From Gemmatimonadaceae bacterium (GTDB taxonomy: Bacteria; Gemmatimonadota; Gemmatimonadetes; Gemmatimonadales; Gemmatimonadaceae), in the NCBI GenBank assembly GCA_044224875.1, contig JBGAJQ010000026.1, positions 1 to 61,785 on the forward strand: 61,785 nucleotides of DNA, given 5' to 3'. The notes beneath the pieces are model-generated. The model was not told the DNA's origin, ran no database searches, and saw only the letters and a program-made list of their open reading frames with translations. Positions 56,844-61,785 of this stretch are shown here, piece after piece. The stretch's first letter is position 1, and each line of letters starts with the position of its first letter. The translations under genes were made by a program, and so were the position numbers.

Positions 56844-58043
56844 ATGCTTCGCTTTACCACCGCCGGTGAGTCCCACGGGCCAGGTCTGGTGTGCGTCCTC
56901 GAGGGGATGCCGGCCGGGCTTCCGTTGCTGGCCGAGCACGTCAACGCGGAGTTGGCCCGCCGCCAGCAGGGGCACGGAAGGGGGCGACGCATGCAGATCG
57001 AGCAGGATCAGGTTGAGTTCCTGTCCGGCGTGCGCGCCGGCGAGACCATCGGTTCTCCGGTCGCGATGGTGATACGCAACCGCGATTGGGCCAATTGGCA
57101 GGAGATCATGGACGCGGCGCCGCGCGAGGGCGATCCCGCGCCGCGGCGACGCGCCGTCACGCGTGTGCGCCCGGGGCACGCCGACCTCTCCGGACTGCTC
57201 AAGTACGACCGCGACGACGCCCGTGACATCCTCGAACGAGCATCGGCGCGTGAGACCACGGCGCGCGTCGCCGCGGGAGCCATCTGCAAGCGACTGTTAA
57301 GCGAGTTCGGCGTGACGATCGGCAGTCACGTGGTGCACTTGGGCGGTGTGGATGCCCGCCGACCGGAGGCAATGCCTGCAGACATCAACCTGGTGGCCGA
57401 TGCGTCGCCTGTTCGCATGCTGGATGCCGAGGCGGCCGAACGTGCCGTTCAACGAATCGACACCATCAAGCGAGAGGGCAATACCCTGGGCGGCATCTGC
57501 GAGGTTGTAGCTCACGGACTACCAGTTGGGTTGGGTTCGCACGTCTCGTGGGACCGGAAACTCGACGGTCGACTTGCCGCCGCGTTGATGTCGATCCCTG
57601 CGGTCAAGGGCGTGGAGGTGGGCCTCGGCTTCGACGCGGCGCGCCTAACGGGCGCTGAGGTGCACGATGAGATCGAACCCGCACCGGGGAACCCCAGACG
57701 AGGCAACGTGAGCCGCCGTACCAATCGCGCTGGCGGGTTGGAAGGGGGGATCACGACGGGTGAGCCGCTGGTGTTACGAGTGGGGATGAAGCCCATCTCC
57801 ACGCTCATGCGCCCGCTGGACACCGTGGACGTGGCCACGGGCGCCCCGGCGGCGGCCGTCGCCGAGCGATCGGACGTGACCGCGGTGCCGGCAATGGGCG
57901 TGATCGCCGAGGCCATGGTGGCGTTTGTCTTGGCCCAGGCATGGCTGGAGAAGTTTGGCGGTGACGCGCTGGAGGAGACCAAACGCAACACACTGGCCTA
58001 TGTGGCTCGTGTGGATGAACGCGTGCGCGCCGATGATTCATGA
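56844..58043 (+). CDS. aroC: Chorismate synthase
   Basis: 'MLRFTTAGESHG', 'RPGHAD', 'ERASARET', 'SIPAVKGVE' and 'MKPIST'. Confidence 0.97.
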   Translation: MLRFTTAGESHGPGLVCVLEGMPAGLPLLAEHVNAELARRQQGHGRGRRMQIEQDQVEFLSGVRAGETIGSPVAMVIRNRDWANWQEIMDAAPREGDPAPRRRAVTRVRPGHADLSGLLKYDRDDARDILERASARETTARVAAGAICKRLLSEFGVTIGSHVVHLGGVDARRPEAMPADINLVADASPVRMLDAEAAERAVQRIDTIKREGNTLGGICEVVAHGLPVGLGSHVSWDRKLDGRLAAALMSIPAVKGVEVGLGFDAARLTGAEVHDEIEPAPGNPRRGNVSRRTNRAGGLEGGITTGEPLVLRVGMKPISTLMRPLDTVDVATGAPAAAVAERSDVTAVPAMGVIAEAMVAFVLAQAWLEKFGGDALEETKRNTLAYVARVDERVRADDS

Positions 58044-58608
58044 CCCTGGATCGGGATCCAGTCCCGCTGTGGCGAGTCCCACGGATCCTCACATCATCCT
58101 GGTCGGGCTTCCCGGAGCTGGAAAGAGCACCTGCGGTGCGCGCTTAGCCGAGGTTCTAAGCCACCCGTTCGTGGACCTGGACGCCGAGATCGAGCATTCG
58201 GCGGGTGCTCCGATCTCTTCGATCTTCGCGAAGCACGGAGAAGAGCATTTTCGCGACCTGGAGTCGAACGAGACGCGGCGGCTCCTCACGCGACCGCCGT
58301 CTGTGGTCTCTCCCGGCGGCGGTTGGGTGGAGCGGCGCGAGAACCGGGACATGGTGCGAAGCGTGTCTGTGGTCGTCTGGCTCAGAGTCTCTCCAGCCGA
58401 GGCGGCCCGTCGCATGGGAGCCCAAACCAGCCTGCGACCGCTACTTGCAGGTGGCGACCCGGAGAGGCGAATTGCCCGCCTTTTGGAGCGGCGCGCGAGG
58501 TTTTACGAGGCTTCTGACGTCACCCTAGACACAGAAGTGCTTGGCACTGAAGCGGTTGTGAGTGCTGTGCGGGAACTCGTTTGGCAGCGTGTGGGTTCCT
58601 TAGGCTAG
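58033..58608 (+). CDS. aroK: Shikimate kinase
   Basis: 'LVGLPGAGKST', 'DLDAEIE', 'GEEHFRDLE', 'PGGG' and 'RPLL'. Confidence 0.93.
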   Translation: MIHDPGSGSSPAVASPTDPHIILVGLPGAGKSTCGARLAEVLSHPFVDLDAEIEHSAGAPISSIFAKHGEEHFRDLESNETRRLLTRPPSVVSPGGGWVERRENRDMVRSVSVVVWLRVSPAEAARRMGAQTSLRPLLAGGDPERRIARLLERRARFYEASDVTLDTEVLGTEAVVSAVRELVWQRVGSLG

Positions 58609-58816
58609 CCCTATTATCTATAGATGTGGCCGCGGCGGGCTAGGCACAGACGCTTGCGCGAAGGTGGTCGATGGGGCAAGCATGTTGCCCGTCCCGCCCC
58701 TCATCTGTCGAGGGGGTACCCTTCCGGCAGAAATCGGAGGGTAGGCGGCAAAAGGGTGTGAGAGGTCGCAGAATTCTGGAGCACATTCCCGATGCGTGAG
58801 CGTCGGGTACCCGAAC

Positions 58817-59059
58817 ATGGACACAACGATACGAGTGCAGGGACCGCACGAGCGGGGTCGATTCGCCCCCGAGGCGTGGGGTCACCTCATTTCACTAAAG
58901 GAGTCCGGGTCGATGTCCCGGGCTGAATTGGAGCAAGTCATCGAACGCGCTTTGGCCCAGCTCGAAGGGCGGATCGCGCTGGATGACCTGCGGGCGCTGA
59001 TCGATACCGTTTCGTTCGACGAGAACTCGGCATCGGTCGATTCAATGACGGTGCATTGA
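58817..59059 (+). CDS. Short Smg/DUF494-like protein
   Basis: 'RVQGPHERGRFAPEAWGHL...ELEQVIERAL' resembles the Smg C-terminal half; lies directly upstream of topA. Confidence 0.7.
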   Translation: MDTTIRVQGPHERGRFAPEAWGHLISLKESGSMSRAELEQVIERALAQLEGRIALDDLRALIDTVSFDENSASVDSMTVH

Positions 59060-59061
59060 TC

Positions 59062-61584
59062 ATGGCAGGAACGCGAAAGTCCAAGGGAACTGACGAGACC
59101 AAGACCACGCGCCGCGTGGTGGGTCGAGGCGCGTCGGCACGCGTCGCGGCCAAGAGGTCTCCTGCGCGCAAGAGCGCTGCGGCCAAGAAGGTCGCGGCCA
59201 AACGTCGCGCACGAGTGGTGGAGCCGGTTGTACCTGAACAGGAAATCGAGTCCGGCGCCCCATCCGGTTCGCTCGTGATTGTGGAGTCGCCGGCCAAGGC
59301 GAAGACGATTTCCAAGTACCTGGGACGCGGCTACCGAGTGAAGGCGACGATCGGGCACGTGCGCGACCTTCCACAGAAGAAGCTGGGCATCGACATCGAG
59401 AAGGGGTTTGCCCCGGAATACGTCACGATCGAGGGGAAGGAGAAGACGCTCGCGGAGTTGAAGACGGCGGCGAAGGAAGCCGAATCGATCTTCATCGCGA
59501 CCGACCCTGATCGCGAGGGCGAGGCGATCGGCTGGCACGTGGCGGAAGCGGTGAAGCGAAAGGGCGGCGCGCCGATTCGTCGCGTGCTCTTTCACGAGAT
59601 CACCAAGGACGCCATCCGAGCGGCGATGGACAAGCCGCGACAGATCGATACGCGATTGGTGGAGGCGCAGCAGGCGCGTCGCGTCCTGGACCGATTGGTG
59701 GGATACAAGGCGAGCCCGATCCTCTGGAAGACGGTGAAGAAAGGCCTCTCCGCCGGCCGCGTGCAAACGGTGGCGCTGCGCATGATCGTCGAGCGCGAGC
59801 GGGAAATCCGCGCCTTCAAGCCGCAAGAGTACTGGAGCATCGAGGCGCTGATGGAGCTGAACGGCCAGCGCTTCACCGCCAGGTTGCACGCCATCGATGA
59901 AAAGAAGGTCGAGATCCCGACCGGCGATCAGGCGAAGGCGATCGTGGAGCAAGTGGAACGGGCCGCCCGCGAGGTTGCCCGTGAAGCCCGGATGTCCGTG
60001 CCGCAAGCGTTCCCGCTGACGAGCGTCAAGCGTCGCGAACGACGCAAGAATCCGGCGGCGCCATTCACGACCTCCACCTTGCAGCAGGAGGCCGCCAAGA
60101 AGCTCGGGTTCGGGTCCAAGCGAACCATGCGGATTGCGCAGGGCCTATACGAAGGCATCGACCTGGGCAGCGAGGGTGCCGTCGGGCTCATCACCTATAT
60201 GCGCACCGACAGTACTCGCGTCGCGGAGAGCGCGGCGCTGCAGGCTCGCGATCAGCTCAAACGCGAGTTTGGCGCCGAGTACCTGTCGCCGGGCCCACAG
60301 CTGTATGGCTCAGACAAGAAGGCGGCCAACACGCAGGATGCGCACGAGGCGATCCGGCCGACCGATCCCTCGCGAACGCCGGATTCGGTGCGCCGCTTCC
60401 TGAAGGACGAACAGTTCAAGCTGTACCAGCTCATCTGGCAGCGTTTCATGGCGTCGCAGATGGCGCCGGCCGTGTTCGACACCACCACCTTTGACTTCAA
60501 CCTCGTCACGAGCAAGGGGTCATACTTGTTCCGCGCCACCGGCTCGGTGGTGAAGTTCGCGGGATTCCTTGCCCTATATCGCGAGGCGCGTGAGGAGGGG
60601 GAAGGTAAAGCGCTCGAAGACGAACAGGCGCTGCCGAATGCCGAACCCGGTGACCGCGTGCCGCTGGTTGAGATCACGCCGAATCAGCACTTCACCGAGC
60701 CGCCCCCTCGGTTCTCCGAGGCGTCGCTCGTGAAGGAGTTGGAAAAGTTGGGCATCGGACGTCCGTCGACGTACGCCCAGATCATATCCACCTTGGCCGA
60801 CCGGCACTACGTCACGCTGGAGCAACGCCGCTTCTTCCCCACGCCGTTAGGCGAATCCGTGGAACGCGTGATGGTCAAGCAATTCCCCGACGTCTTCAAC
60901 GTCGGCTTTACGTCTGAGATGGAAGAGGAGCTGGACAAGATCGAGGAAGGCTCCTTGTCGTGGCAGCGCGTCCTGAAGGACTTCTACAAGCCCTTCGAAG
61001 CTTCGCTGAACGACGTAAAGGTGGACGACCTGATCGCCGAGGCCCACGACTTGTCGGCGCTGGCCAACGAGAAGTGCCCGCAGTGCGGTGGCCAGCTGGT
61101 GGCAAAGGGCGGGTTCTTTGGCCCCTTCGTCGCATGTGTGAACCACCCCAAGAACTGCAAGTACACTCGGCCGATCAAGGGCGAGCGAAAACCGCCGCAG
61201 CTGACGGAATACCTCTGCCATGAGTGTGGCGCGCCCATGGTGGTGCGTCACGGACGGAGTGGGGATTTCCTGGGTTGCTCGAAGTTTCCGAAGTGCCGCG
61301 GCACGCGGTCCATGCCGACGGGCGTCATGTGCCCGAAGGATAGCGGCGAAATCGCCGAGCGTCGCTCGAAGAAGCGCGGGAAGGCGTTCTACGGGTGCTC
61401 GAACTATCCGAACTGCGACTTTGTCTGCTGGGATAAGCCAGTGAAGGACACGTGTCCCGAGTGCGGCTATGTTGGCGCGGAAGCGAAGTCGAACAAGACG
61501 CGTGGCGAGTACCGTCGCTGCCTCAAGTGCGCCAATGAGTGGGACATCGTGAAGGAGGAGGAGACGGAAGCCGTCGCGGTGTAG
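59062..61584 (+). CDS. topA: DNA topoisomerase I (type IA) with C-terminal zinc ribbons
   Basis: TOPRIM 'LVIVESPAKAKTI', 'ATDPDREGEAI', 'SAGRVQT', catalytic 'LITYMRTDS', 'GIGRPSTY' and several CxxC ribbons. Confidence 0.97.
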   Translation: MAGTRKSKGTDETKTTRRVVGRGASARVAAKRSPARKSAAAKKVAAKRRARVVEPVVPEQEIESGAPSGSLVIVESPAKAKTISKYLGRGYRVKATIGHVRDLPQKKLGIDIEKGFAPEYVTIEGKEKTLAELKTAAKEAESIFIATDPDREGEAIGWHVAEAVKRKGGAPIRRVLFHEITKDAIRAAMDKPRQIDTRLVEAQQARRVLDRLVGYKASPILWKTVKKGLSAGRVQTVALRMIVEREREIRAFKPQEYWSIEALMELNGQRFTARLHAIDEKKVEIPTGDQAKAIVEQVERAAREVAREARMSVPQAFPLTSVKRRERRKNPAAPFTTSTLQQEAAKKLGFGSKRTMRIAQGLYEGIDLGSEGAVGLITYMRTDSTRVAESAALQARDQLKREFGAEYLSPGPQLYGSDKKAANTQDAHEAIRPTDPSRTPDSVRRFLKDEQFKLYQLIWQRFMASQMAPAVFDTTTFDFNLVTSKGSYLFRATGSVVKFAGFLALYREAREEGEGKALEDEQALPNAEPGDRVPLVEITPNQHFTEPPPRFSEASLVKELEKLGIGRPSTYAQIISTLADRHYVTLEQRRFFPTPLGESVERVMVKQFPDVFNVGFTSEMEEELDKIEEGSLSWQRVLKDFYKPFEASLNDVKVDDLIAEAHDLSALANEKCPQCGGQLVAKGGFFGPFVACVNHPKNCKYTRPIKGERKPPQLTEYLCHECGAPMVVRHGRSGDFLGCSKFPKCRGTRSMPTGVMCPKDSGEIAERRSKKRGKAFYGCSNYPNCDFVCWDKPVKDTCPECGYVGAEAKSNKTRGEYRRCLKCANEWDIVKEEETEAVAV

Positions 61585-61718
61585 GGCGTTTTGGCGGCGG
61601 GTCTCGCCCGGGATGAACTGATCCGTCCGACCCAACATCGTGCGAACGATGTTCCATGTTCGCGGCCAGCCACATGACTCGCGTATGGTGGCCGGTCATG
61701 TATGCGGCTCGACGCGCC

Positions 61719-61784
61719 CTAGGTGTAAGGAGGAGCAACGACGGGTGAGATCTGGTCCGGGTGCTCCTCACACCACTGCTCGAT
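61719..61784 (-). CDS. Possible C-terminal end of a convergent gene running off the window
   Basis: Minus-strand frame reads IEQWCEEHPDQISPVVAPPYT* with TAG at 61719-61721; too short to identify. Confidence 0.25.
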   Translation of the reverse strand: MEQWCEEHPDQISPVVAPPYT

Positions 61785-61785
61785 G

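Larger units (their letters stand above)
2410..60852. repeat. Dispersed over-represented octamer CGTTAGGC / GCCTAACG (at least 27 exact copies)
   Basis: Counted by eye. GCCTAACG starts at 2410, 3248, 3821, 4915, 6874, 21843, 24024, 26156, 30541, 39731, 41323, 57643. CGTTAGGC starts at 6597, 10960, 13152, 14058, 14733, 29003, 32215, 34421, 35644, 38222, 42058, 47327, 52150, 53634, 60845. Confidence 0.85.

Noticed and set aside
2410..60852. Octamer as a Chi or KOPS-type polar motif, or as a CRISPR/REP repeat
   Set aside because: Both orientations are about equally common and interleaved (15 versus 12). Copies are intragenic, irregularly spaced and lack conserved flanks or spacers.

Overview
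This is a GC-rich (roughly two-thirds G+C by eye), gene-dense chromosomal window. The gene styles (orphan duplicated ABC permease, many signal-peptide peptidases, sigma-54 pilus locus) suggest Gemmatimonadota; that assignment is inference. Positions 1-36 kb hold secreted hydrolases and peptidases (esterase, S8, M1, M28, zincin), an exported caspase/DUF4384/LPP20 module, USP, a P-type ATPase, PPK2, a hybrid kinase, an ECF sigma/anti-sigma pair, tag, hslR and arfB. Positions 36-57 kb are a type IVa pilus locus: pilS-pilR, two GT-C paralogues plus a GT2, a sigma-54-driven pilA, an indel-riddled second pilA copy, a histidine kinase lacking its phospho-His, three minor pilins, pilMNOPQ and a large lipoprotein. 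The window ends with aroC, aroK, an Smg-like gene and topA. No rRNA, tRNA, CRISPR array or mobile element was seen. The most striking unexplained signal is the non-palindromic octamer CGTTAGGC/GCCTAACG. It occurs at least 27 times, on both strands and in several reading frames, forcing rare codons, which fits a DNA-level signal (uptake-sequence-like or HIP-like).
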